In this document: one piece after another, positions 13,212 through 24,923 of the stretch | Layout: the number at the start of each line of letters is the position of its first letter | Numbering within the stretch: the stretch's first letter is position 1 | Source of the DNA: Octopus vulgaris | Taxonomy: Eukaryota | NCBI GenBank assembly: GCA_951406725.2 | Contig: OX597820.1 | Span: 91,636,001-91,700,000, forward strand | Length of the DNA stretch: 64,000 nucleotides | Direction of reading: 5' to 3' | Translations under genes and position numbers: made by a program | The notes under the pieces: generated by a model | Databases searched by the model: none | Seen by the model: only the letters and a program-made list of their open reading frames with translations | Told to the model about the DNA's origin: nothing

Positions 13212-13525
13212 ATAAATGAAAAGAATGGAGTCGAACGAAGATTCTAACAAAATTTCTTTACTTTCGACATATGTTTCGAAGACTGCATACTCTTAATTCC
13301 GAAGGAATAAAGGTTGCATTATGCCGTCTTCTCATCAGGAAATACAAGGAACCTCTATCAGCCTCAAGACGAACAAAAGCTTCTTAATGACTCCCTACAT
13401 GGTTTCCAAGACGGCATAATGCAACCTTCATTCCTTCGGAATTAAGAGTATGCAGTCTTCGAAACATATGTCGAAAGTAAAGGAATTTTGTTAAAATCTT
13501 CGTTCGACTCCATTCTTTTCATTTA

Positions 13526-13526
<1 letters not shown>
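13212..13526. repeat. Near-perfect foldback: 119-nt arms (13212-13330 / 13408-13526), 77-nt spacer; Penelope-like inverted terminal repeat
   Basis: Arms are reverse complements with 3 mismatches counted by eye. Confidence 0.9.
13255..13349 (-). ncRNA. Type I hammerhead ribozyme, intact core, palindromic minimal stem III
   Basis: Minus strand: UUUC-CUGAUGA(13338-13332)-GAAGAC.GCAUA..UAUGC.GUCUUC-GAAA(13277-13274)-CAUAUG-UC(13266)-GAAA; stems I, II and III all pair; GUC cleavage triplet. Confidence 0.85.
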
Positions 13527-13607
<81 letters not shown>

Positions 13608-14160
13608 TGGTGTATGTGTGTTTGTCTGAGTTTGTCTCCTCAACATCAAAAGAGAACGATAGAATAAGTATTAGGCTTACAAAGAATAAGTCCTGGTGTC
13701 GATTTGCTCCAGCATGGCCGCAGGCAAAGAACTGAAACAAGTAAAAGAGAAAAAGAGAGTAAAGAGAGTATAACTCTTTTTAGACTGATATGAATAATAA
13801 CTTTTAAATTGTCTACAATACAGGAAAACTAGTATTCAATAAACCAAAAAAATATAAATACAGAATATATCTATAAAACATATATCAATATTACTTATGG
13901 GAGGAAGGAGGCGAACTGGCCGAATCGCTAGCGCTCCGGATAAATTGTTTTGCGGTATTTCATACTTCTTTTGATCAACATCCGAATAGGGTTGCACCTT
14001 ATTCTAATATAAAGAACTAAAAGGGCATGATATTTTAGTATAATGCATCATATAACCCAGACATTATCGAGAACAGTAGGGGAATATTTAAGCACACAGC
14101 CCACAATAAATACAGTATATATTGTAATACAATCATATTTTCGGTCAGCTATACTTTCCA

Positions 14161-14470
14161 GTGTGGAGGCGCAATGGCCCAGTGTTAAGGGCAGCGGATC
14201 GCGGTCGGAGGATCGCAGTTTCTATTCCAAGACCGGGTGTTGAGTGTGTTTATTGAGCGAAAACACCTAAAGCTCCACGATCTGTGGCAGGGGTGATGGC
14301 GACCCCTGTTGTGCTCTTTTGCCCCAACTTTCATTCACTCTTTCTTCCTGTTTCTTGAGTAACGCTGCGATGGACTGGCGTCCCGACAAGCTGGGTGGGG
14401 GAACACATACGCCACAGAAACCGGGAAACCGAGCCTATGAACCTGGCTCGGCTTGAAAAGAGCGTATAAA
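14161..14470 (+). mobile_element. tRNA-derived SINE, family C, tail type 1
   Basis: TGGCCCAGTG A box; first ~190 nt match the 46379-46656 copy; tail GCTGCGATGGACTGGCGTCCC..CAGAAACCGGG. Confidence 0.75.
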
Positions 14471-14859
14471 TATATAAATAATAATTTCCATTTCATGTTT
14501 TCCAAGATCACTCTGACAACAATAACAAGAGTAGGTCTTCCTATATCCTATCTAATACGAAAGTGTACTTATAGAAATTTCGTACCCAGGCAGAGGATTT
14601 TTAACTTTACAAATAATTTGAACAGGTAACTGGATGTTTTTAAAATGAATTCAAGCGTTCAAGACAACCATGGGGTGCATCAAAAAGAACTGTACGGGAC
14701 TTACTGGGAAATACGTGGGAGTAGTTATGAAAAGCTTATTTTCTCATTTGTCTCAAGCAGCAAGCAGAACTCTGCAGGCCTATCGAAACGTAATGGAGTG
14801 GATGATACTATGTCTTTATTCAGAGGTTTTCATCGGGAACTATGAACTTGATTTTAGAT

Positions 14860-15008
14860 TTTGCCTCAAGGCCAGCATTTTTGTGGAAGGTATTAAATCG
14901 ATTTCATCGAAAAGACGGAAAACAAAATCAGAATTTTAACTCAGACCGTAAGACGGACAAAATGACGCTAAGCATTTTGCGCGGCATGCTAAACATCCTG
15001 CCAACTCA
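14860..15008 (-). mobile_element. Degraded SINE family A fragment
   Basis: GAATTTTAACTCAGACCGTAAGACGGACAAAATGACGCTAAGCATTT..CTGCCAACTC resembles the reverse complement of the family A head. Confidence 0.55.
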
Positions 15009-15067
15009 CCACATTACATTGTAAACTAAGAAACTGGTATTCACTGGTTCGTTTCATTAATTACGTG

Positions 15068-15362
15068 AGAGTGAGCATGTCTTAGTGGTTATGGTATTCG
15101 GCTTATGATTATAAGGTCGTGAGTTCGATTCTCTGCTGCTCGTTGTGTCCTTGAACAAGACACTTTATTTCACACCAGCTCACTCAGTTGAAAAAATTGA
15201 AGATTACTTGTAATTCAAAGAGCCAACCCTTTCACATTCACTATCTTGTGAACTACATTAAGGGCACTCATGTCTGTAGAGTGCTCAACCGCTTGCACAT
15301 TAATTTCATAAGGTGGTGTTTCCGGTGATCGGATGAACTGGAACTCTCGTCGTTGTAACGAG
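15068..15362 (+). mobile_element. tRNA-derived CORE-like SINE, family D
   Basis: TTAGTGGTT A box, GAGTTCGATTC B box, GTTGTGTCCTTGAACAAGACACTTTATTTCAC CORE-like segment. Confidence 0.65.
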
Positions 15363-15487
15363 TTGTTTTTCGTTATTCATGAAGTAACATATATTTTTCA
15401 TGTAGTAGGAGTCTGATTATTTTTCTCGATATTAGTTTATATTGCATACAGCTTGGTGTTCATACATGAAATCCTCATATCTCGCAT

Positions 15488-15708
15488 AAGGCGGCGAGCT
15501 AGCAGAAACGTTAGCACGCCCGGCGAAATGCTTAGCGGTATTTCGTCTGCCGCTACATTCTGAGTTCAAATTCCACCCAGGTCGACTTTGCCTTTCATCA
15601 TTTTGGGGTCGATTAAATAAGTACCAGTTACGCACTGGGGTCGATATAATTGACTTAATGCGTTTGTCTGTCATTCTTTGTCCTCTCTGTGGGTAGTAAA
15701 GAAATAGA
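15488..15708 (+). mobile_element. SINE family A
   Basis: High similarity to the 1940 and 41960 copies. Confidence 0.9.
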
Positions 15709-16959
15709 AATTCTCATATCTCGCATATCATTCTAAGATCCGAAATACCTTTGGCCGACACTTTGCTGGTGAAACTTCTCTAATGAAATCAAAACATATC
15801 CAAAATTTACACTAACGACAAAGATTTAGACACACTTCTTACTGCATTCTCTGATTAATTAATTTTAATTAATTTACATTCCGAAATTGTCTACTCTAAT
15901 GTGCTTCTCCAATTAAGTAACATTACACTCTTAGTAATGTCCTCTCATCAATGTAGCTCTAATACTAATTAATTAATGAGCATTTCTTGACTCACTAATT
16001 TAAAGTTATAACCTATCTGTACTGCTAAGAAGAAAGCATTAATTAATAATATATCTGTTTGGAGATGAAGAGAACAGCTAATATGTCCTCAAATGCTGTT
16101 TTAAAATAAAAAGATGAAAATGTTTTTTTATTAGTTTAATACTCTGACCTATCTTATTTTTTGCATCGGCTGCCATCAAACCACCGTTGAGATCATACTA
16201 AAATTAACTAATAGAGCTTGAGGAAATATTTTTAACCCTTGTTCTCATGACCAGAGCAAATTCTTAGATCTAAAAGATGTGTGTATATTCTATTTAATCA
16301 AAGTGACGCCATGCATAAGTTTTCTAAAAATTTCAAGATGAATTCACTTTCAAGAATTACTGCTAAGTCATTCACTTTAAAAGTAATTTTGCACCAATAT
16401 CTATCACTTCTTTTAAACTTTTGTAAATATTTCTACAGCTTAATGACTAATTTGTCTATTGAAAGGTTTGATAGAAATCTTTTCAAGAATTGTTCTCAAG
16501 TATTTCCTTTGTTAATTTTTTTTAGATGATTTTTGAAACACCACATAGTTTTAGTACCGCTGAAGTAATAATATATTTTATTGCGAGGTATTTGTCAGTA
16601 GTAAAGCTTTTAATTTTGTTTTCACTATTTACATAATGAAGAAAATAGTCAAAATTCTAAATGTAAATTTTATTTCTAGGTTTAAATAATGTGTACAAAG
16701 TATTAAATTAATTTGTAGATGACAGTCATCATATACTTTCGATGCAAATTTTATTAAACTAACCTAATGTTCTACGATAAATCAAGTAGGATAATAATCC
16801 TATTTAATACATGGAGATATAAAATTCTCTTTAGCATAGAACATCGTTCACACGCTCACACACAAACCACAAGCACACACATATATTATACATACATATA
16901 TGTGTGTATGTATGTGTGTGTTATATATATGTTATACTTTTAAACAGATTTTACTCCAT

Positions 16960-17905
16960 ATTGTTGTAAGAGAATTACATACTAAAATTCCGACTCAGAT
17001 TCTCTTCAAGCACTAATTCAGATTGTTGTGTTTAACTTACTCGGATCACGTAGAAGCTATTTTATTGCATTATTCATTATAGCACTTGTCTACAAAACAC
17101 TTCCCCGCTCATTCAATAACAATTTTTCCCTTCTCTAATCAATATACTATGGTAACTATATACTAAATTTTCATTCTATTTATACCGCTGTCTCAAAATT
17201 TACCTCACCTTGCTTCTTGCTGTATAAAGGTGTCATTTCTTGAATCTCACTAAATCGTTTTTTCACAAATCTAGGTGTTATATTTTACACGTATCATATT
17301 ACACAACTGTTGCCTCCTAAACTATTTCCACTCTCGAATTTTCTGTTAAACTTCGGACGAGTAAAATGAAACTCAACTCATTTTAGAACGAAACCTTCCT
17401 AGTCCACAGCCTCAAACGTCAAGAGAAGATAATTATTACACTGACCGAAAGAGTAACCCCGTCGAGATTGGCAGTCTGATCTCTACAACACCGGCAGAAG
17501 CGCATCCGATGCTACCTACACTTTCGAACAACGCTCTACCGTTCACAAATTCACATTTCATTCTTCATCACACAAACACCAAGCATCTACACTGTGCATT
17601 TCTATCATAAATCTAGAAACCTATTCATTCTGGCTGTTCCATCGTCTCCTTACCAAACTTATTTCTATGTATTGCCTTTGCATTCTCACACTTTTGGTTG
17701 TCAGTTTTCCCTTGCATACCCTAAATATAATTACATCATTTCTCATCTGTAATTTTTTCACTAACACTTTCAAACTCCTGTTTATAATGAACGGAAAATC
17801 CTTTTCCTGTCTTCCTCTCTTACGTTTCTGATGATGATCAAGTACATACGGAACGCCAAAGTTTTCTTTCGATTCCCTCATGCAACTCTAACTAATTCCT
17901 CATAC
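16960..17905 (+). repeat. Left arm of a ~940-bp diverged inverted repeat (unclassified non-coding element)
   Basis: Colinear with the reverse complement of 19168-20125 throughout, e.g. TTTAACTTACTCGGATCACGTAGAAGCTATTTT. Confidence 0.9.
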
Positions 17906-18177
17906 CTTGATGGTCGCTGTTTTTCTAATTAAGTGAATATACATGTATGTAAGTGTGCGTACATACATACAAACATGGCTACAGATAGAAACGTTGTTAG
18001 AAAAATAGAAATATTGAACTAAATACCCTTACTACACGTAAAAGGTTGCCAACTATCAGCTATGGAGCTCGATACCACATCCCTCACAGACTCAGGGTGA
18101 GTGCTCTACCATTAAGTTACACCCCGCTGACAAATTTTTATCAGCGTATTGAGACGCTATAAAGCTAAATGCACAAC

Positions 18178-18831
18178 TACGGGTATATAAATAGTAAAAA
18201 AAAAAACATTTGATTTTTTTATAAGCGCCGAAAATTTGTATTTTACTATACGAATAAGATGAATAAATGTTTGGAATGCAGAAACACCGTTAGAACAGCA
18301 GAAATATCGGGTAAAATAGTAAAAATTTATAGGAAAACAAATAAAAAAGACAGGTGTTTAAACACAACAAGGAAGTGTATTAGTTGGACGCACGGGAAAA
18401 TGAAAACGAGCCTACACACTTCAACAGAAAGGAATAAGAGAAAAATAAACAGAGAGAGAATGACATAAGACTTGTAGATTAGTAGTCAAGCGGCCTTACA
18501 AAGCGGAAAAATTCGTCAACAATCAGCCATGCAACTCGAACCCACGTCACTCAAAGACCTCGGCTAACTTTGTGGATAGAGTTTTCAGGAGGCAGTTTAG
18601 TTTATTGGTATAGCACATAGCCGGAGTCTTATGTGGGATGTGGGTTCGTGTTCTATGGCTGTTTGTTGACGAATTTTTCCTATTTTTATGGGTATTTTAG
18701 CCAATTTTTATGCTGTTCTAAGACCGTTTCTATGTTCGAAAAACAAATTATCTTCTTATTTCGTACAATACACATTTTCGACGTTTATGAAGAGAAAAAA
18801 GAAATGTCTGTTTTTATCTATATATCCGTAT
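18178..18831. repeat. Inverted pair of old tRNA-headed repeats inside the large foldback loop
   Basis: 18505-18545 pairs with 18640-18680, and 18178-18336 pairs with 18675-18831; GGGTTCG B-box-like motif in both heads. Confidence 0.6.
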
Positions 18832-19167
18832 TTCTTAATTACTTAGTAAAGCAAAATGCAGCTTAACATTGTTATTTATTTAAGTTGTTACCTTAGATGT
18901 GTTTCATATTATTATAATTGTCAGTATACAAAGGTAGTATTAGATGTACAGAAATGAAAAATTAAAAAAATTACCTTATTTTTTTATGGTTATACCTAGG
19001 TTTCAAGGTTTTTTAACGTGTAAAATTATCTGTTAAAGGTAAGTTTTTTAATGTTTAAATGTACATATTTTATATTGAGAATATGTTGTCTATTGACTGT
19101 TTATACATGCTAGGCCACTGGTGTTGAAATTTCTATAAATAGTCGCTACCCTATATATTTTACGTAT

Positions 19168-20125
19168 ATGAGGAATTAGTTTGAGGCCGAATGAGGGAAT
19201 CGAAAGAAAAGTTTGGCACTTCGTAATTATTTGATCATCATCAGGAAAGTAAAAGAAGGAAGACAGGAAAATAATTTTCTGTTCATTATAAACAGGAGTT
19301 TGAAAGTTTTAGTGAAAAATTACAGATGTTAAAGAGAGAAATGACGTAATTATATTCTGGGATATGCTAAAGAAAACTGACAACCAAAAGTGTGAGAATG
19401 CGATGGCAATACATAGAAATAAGTTTAGTAAGGAAACGAGGGGAACAGCCAGAATGAATAAGTTTCTGGATGTTGTGAGAGAAATGAACAGTGTAGATGC
19501 TTGGTGTGTGTGTGTGTGATGAAGAATGGAAAGTTAATTTGTAGACGGTAGAGCGTTGTTCTTACGTGTATGTAGCATCGGATGCGCTTCTACCAGTGTA
19601 TCAAAATGCCATATCTCGACGGGGCTGTTCTTTTCGGCCAGTGTAATAACGATCTTCTCTTGGCGTGTTGAGGCTGTGGACTAGGAAGGGTTCGTTCTAA
19701 ATGAGTTGAATTTTATTTTTCTCTTCCGAAGTTTAACAGAAAATTCGTGACTTGAAATAGTTTAGGAGGCAAAAGTTATGTAATATGATACATGTAAAAT
19801 ATAACACCTAGATTTGTGAAAAAAACATTTTAGTGAAATTCAAGAAGTGACGCTTCTTATTAGCATGAAGCAGGATGAGGTAAATTTTGAGGCAGTGGTG
19901 TAAATGGCATGAAAATTTAGTGCATAGTAATCATAGCGATTGAGTAGTGAGGGGAAAAAAACTAATTGAAAGAGTGGGGAAATATTTTGTAGACAAGTGA
20001 TATAATGAATAATGCAACAAAATAGCTTCTACGTGATCCGAGTAAGTTAAACATAACAATCCGAAATAGTACTCCAAGAGAAGCTAAGTTGGAATCTCAG
20101 TATGTAATTCTGTTACATCAATATG
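19168..20125 (-). repeat. Right arm of the ~940-bp inverted repeat
   Basis: Reverse complement of 16960-17905 with scattered substitutions and indels. Confidence 0.9.
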
Positions 20126-20325
20126 GAGCGGAATCTGTTTAAAAGTATAATAACAGCATTGACAGCGAATAAAATTTGTACGAGTTTGACACTTAATGAA
20201 TAAATAAATGCTGTGGACGTCTAGATTTATATGATTATCATCAGAAAGAGAGAGAGAGTGTGGGTGAGAGAGAGAGAGAGAGTGTGTGTGTGTGTGAGAG
20301 TGAGTGTGTGTGTGTGAGAGAGTGA

Positions 20326-20357
<32 letters not shown>

Positions 20358-21024
20358 GATAACAACAAGCTGAATGTCATTGTTGTAAATGAGGCAGAGG
20401 TATGGAAGTTAATTGAAAGATGTTCAAAACTCGAATATTCCCAAAGAGAGGTAATGTTGATTGTGTTACATGTCACCTTCTCCTGCTGTATCTATATGTT
20501 TAAGTATATTTTTGTGTGTATGTATGCATGTACAAGTTTCCTGAGTTGTCGTGTCAGGGAAAATATGAAATATGAGTGTGTGATGTTTGTAAGTGGTAGA
20601 TGCGTGTCTGCATGGGAATGATGATGGAGTGTAGATAATGAATTTTGAGAGTGCTCGTAAATGTGTGTGGGTTTTCGAAACAGTGTTTGCCTTATATTTG
20701 AAGTGTAAGAAATCATAAAGTTGTACTTATTGCCTATTTTTGAATATGTGCGCGCACATGTTCTATTAGCCCTTAGCCTTATCACCATTAATCTTATAAA
20801 GCTCTCATTTCGCATCTTCGTAATCTGTTTTCTGCCCTTTCCTATGTATTGAACAATTGTAGCTATCCTCTCGTTTCCACCTGCAACTTATCCGCTAAAT
20901 TCATTTTAAATAACAAAACCACATTCTTTTAGAGTTTATTACTGTACATCTTGTGAGATATTTTCCACTGTATCATCAATTTTCCTTCAGCGTCTAGGCC
21001 ACATAACTTCCCCGTATATATATA

Positions 21025-21065
<41 letters not shown>

Positions 21066-21719
21066 TCTCTGCAGACCTGCATGCAATGTATGCCCTTTGC
21101 AATAACCGTTTCCTGATTTCTAACACTTTCTTCAGAATTCCATCATGCTTGAACCAGTCACCTCAACAAACACTTTTACCCTTTGTTGAATTTGTGCTCA
21201 TCAGTGAACAGATACTGGATTGAACCCGCCACCCCAACTACGCCAACCTATTTGGTAACTACGTTGAAGCCCAGATCTTATCTGAATTTACCAGACCCAT
21301 ATGTAGTTTATATGTTGTTATACTTACAAATGTATTATCGTTTAATCAAAATCAAATCCTGCCTACGCAGCTCTTGAATTTATTTATTCTATCTTTGGCA
21401 AATCGGGCAACTTGATGTTTCTGTTTCCATCGACCAGGTCAGATACTTAACTGCTACTTCTATAAACATACTATCTTCAAATCTTCAACGTCTTATGCCA
21501 ATATAGAAATTACGATACCGTACTCTCAACTCCTTCGTTTCCGCTATCTGTTGCTGTTACTATGCATTTGCGCTTCATTCTCGACATATGTGCCGGTTTT
21601 TTAAATAAAGTCAAACCACCAACACAACTTTTGTACACGTTGTATTTAATCTCTCCGTTGTATTTAATCTCTGTGTCTAACTCATAGCTAACCACCTTCC
21701 TTTCTTTTATAACCAACCA

Positions 21720-22262
21720 CACGTCTTAACTCTCCGTTGAGATCGCAAAGGAGGAATGTGTGCCAGAGTGGAAGCACGATCACGTCCACGCGAATCGGAA
21801 CGGGTAAAGAAAGGGGAGGGAAGCGAGCGCAATGACGATCACGACCACAAGAACGTCCACGCGGAACAGCACGAGCATGATCGCGGGTATACTTGACGAC
21901 TCCGCTCTGGGTGTCGGGCGATTTTAGCGCAGCTTCGAGAACGCAGTAGAGAGAAATGAGCGTCGGAGTAGGAGCACGATCACGTCCACGCTGGCCGAGA
22001 CGGGCTGGAAGGCGAGCACTCGGTCGAAAGCGAGCGTGGACACGTGCACGCGTCGGGCTTCGCCAGGCTATCAGACGTTTGTGCGAACTCCCGTCAAGGC
22101 ACGGCAGCGTGACGGAGAGCAACTCCGTCGACTTGCTCGAACTGCTCATAGTTGTAGGAGACCCTTGGGTTGCGACGGTCACCTAGAGCGTGACTGTTCC
22201 CCCGTCGCGTTCTGGCAGCTGACAGACGGGCCGTGATGCGGTATCGACCACGGGCACAACAA
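21720..22262. other. CpG-rich GC island, probably part of a mobile element
   Basis: Abrupt GC/CpG-rich block in AT-rich DNA; internal repeat AGCACGATCACGTCCACGC at ~21774 and ~21973. Confidence 0.5.
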
Positions 22263-23584
22263 CTCTTTACATATTTCACACTGTTTCACTTACTTCTCCA
22301 AGAATTACACAAAATGCTTAAAGTGCCTTGTTTGCAGTTCAGTTTGCATATAACAAAGTGACTGGAAATTGGACTATAATCTAATCGCAGAACTTAGAAC
22401 AACTTAGAAACCATTCCACCAAATATCTTTCCATTTACAGTTTTCCTTTCACATCGATATCCCATCTGAGAAGAGAATGAGAATATATATATATATATTC
22501 ATTGTAGACCTTTCTCAACAGACATTTTAAATTATCATTCTCTTTATTCTAACCGTTTTTTCTTCAAATATACGCGTAACAGACCTCAGGAAAAGAAACG
22601 CAGTCACAATATGGCATTCATCCAACAATCTCTCTTTCTCTCACACATGCAAATCCAGAAATGCGTTGATACATAAACAATCACACATGCGTACTCTTAC
22701 CAACACGCCGAACGCTTTCTTCATATAAGAAATATGATATACAACTAAAACGATGATATACGTGAAACCAACATACCAAAAGAAGTGCACCGTAAATTGT
22801 CACAAGTTGTCAGAAGCACAAACACAGCGTATCAAGTATATATATACAAATATATACAAATATATACACACACATCAAATAGATATTCATAAATATGCAG
22901 ACACACACATACACGCACACAGGTCGAGGATGCAAACATACAGATATACACAAATAACAGACACACATATCTACGTATACACAAAATAAACGCAAGTTTT
23001 GAAACGTACATACTCATATACACATGCAAACACACAACTGCTCACACATATCACTGTTGCTTTCCTTTGATAACTGTTCGACATTGAACACCACTTGCGT
23101 CTCACTTCCGCTTCATTCAAAAATATGGTTTTCTTTTAAATGCAAGTAGAGTAATCTGTCTCCTCTTTTCTCTTTCTCTTTCCTTCGATCTCTGAAACAT
23201 CAAGTATTTTTCTTCTTCAATCATTCATCCTCTAACTAATACAGAATTTTATCATATTGTTGTTGTTAGCGTTGTCACTATATTTGTGTATATTCTTTTC
23301 CACTGTGGCGTAAACAGACCCGCTTGCATCTATATAGAGATTTTATACTTGTCTTTCTAGGTAATTATTTCAGCATTATCATTTTGGTTTACCGTCTATA
23401 CTTTATAGGAATGCCCTATTTGCTCCACTTTATTGTTCTCAGTTCTAAACCGGCCGAGGTCAGATTGTCATTTCATCCTTTCCATGTCGATAAAATTAAG
23501 TTACGTTAGGACTAAACACTCTCATTAAAACTGGAGGCTTTATCATTATTAGTAGGAGTGTTATCATTATTAGTAGTGAGGCAT

Positions 23585-23915
23585 TTAGTTTTCTTACGAA
23601 CCACATGGTTTCGGGTTCATTCCCACTGCGTGAGACCTTGGGCAAGTGTCTTCTACTATAGCGTCGGCCGACCAAAGCCTTGTGAGTGGATTTGGTAGAC
23701 GGAAACTGAAGGAAGATCGTCGTATATATGTATGTGAGTGTATGTGTTTATGTGTTTCTGTTTGTTCCCACAACATCGCTTGACGGTTCGGTAAAAGAGA
23801 TCGATAGAATAAGTACTAAGCTTACAAAGAATAAGTCCTGGGGTCGATTTGCTCTACTAAAGGCAGTGCTCCCGCATGGCCGCAGTTAAATGATTGAAAC
23901 AAAACAGTAAAAGAG
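23585..23915 (+). mobile_element. SINE family B, internally deleted
   Basis: GGGTTCATTCCC B box, CCTTGGGCAAGTGTCTTC, 3' GCATGGCCGCAG..AGTAAAAGAG. Confidence 0.8.
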
Positions 23916-23944
23916 TAGTAGTAGTAGTAGTAGTAGTAGTGTTG

Positions 23945-24013
<69 letters not shown>

Positions 24014-24345
24014 TTTATATACACCCAACCGATTAGACTGTTGGAAAAGAAAAATTCCTAACATCAGGCTGCAACAAGTAACCTTAGGTGCTAAAAACCC
24101 TGTTAAGTATCCTAGCTGTCCCTAATAACACTGTTTTCTGCTGCTGTACTAAAATGGGTTTTATGATTATTTCCTCTATCCGTCTGTTCAAAACTATAGG
24201 AATAATTCCTAATACACATGTAGCTACTGGAATACATTTTATCCGCACTGTAATTTAATGACTAGGTTCTGGTACTTTGCTATTTTTTCTATACCTCTCA
24301 TGTTGATTTTTCCATCATTGGGAGTGTAAAGTTAATTAACTGGCA
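23914..24345 (-). mobile_element. RLE-clade LINE 3' fragment with (TAC)n tail
   Basis: Minus-strand translation CIPVATCVLGIIP..QQKTVLLGTARILNRVFS; (GTA)n at 23914-24013 lies at its 3' end. Confidence 0.7.
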
Positions 24346-24351
24346 GTGAGT

Positions 24352-24877
24352 ATTATTATTATTATTATTATCATTGAGTGAGAGAGCAGTTCATGCCATC
24401 AAAGTGACACTGGGGTAAAATATACGAAGCCCAATATACCCATCATGACTACCCGTCTGATAAAGGTACACCAGGCACATGCATCACAACCATATGTGCG
24501 CGACATGGTGATCTCATATCAAGATAAACAGAACATGACCTTGCAGGTGGAGCCCAGTTAGAATTTTCTTCAGGTTGAGTAGCCCATCCTGCTCAAACGG
24601 TCCCTGAATAAGGGTTGTTTAAGGATGTTGAAAGAACCACCCATGTTTCCAGAGGTGAACTATTCAAATCCCAAAGAATCCCTCTCAACACATGGCTATG
24701 ATGCTCCCCCACTACTTCTGCTCGTGATCAGAGATGCACATGCTCAACTGGTTAAGGTCAAACAACTGACAAGCAAATCTGTGGTATTGAGCAGAATATT
24801 TGCTGTAGCCCATCTTTTATACCAAGACAAAACAATGTACATGATAACACTTCCAATCAGTTAAGATCAGAATCCAT
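24352..24877 (-). mobile_element. Putative non-coding retroposon with (TAA)n 3' tail
   Basis: Higher-GC ~500-bp block with a (TTA)n tract at its left end and sharp boundaries; single copy in the window, so repeat status is inferred. Confidence 0.4.

Positions 24878-24923
<46 letters not shown>

Larger units (their letters stand above)
12915..13770 (+). mobile_element. SINE family B, 5'-truncated, interrupted within its (TA)n tract by an insertion (about 13062-13526)
   Basis: 12915-13015 matches the family B core and 13567-13770 matches its 3' half; (TA)n lies on both sides of the insert. Confidence 0.8.
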
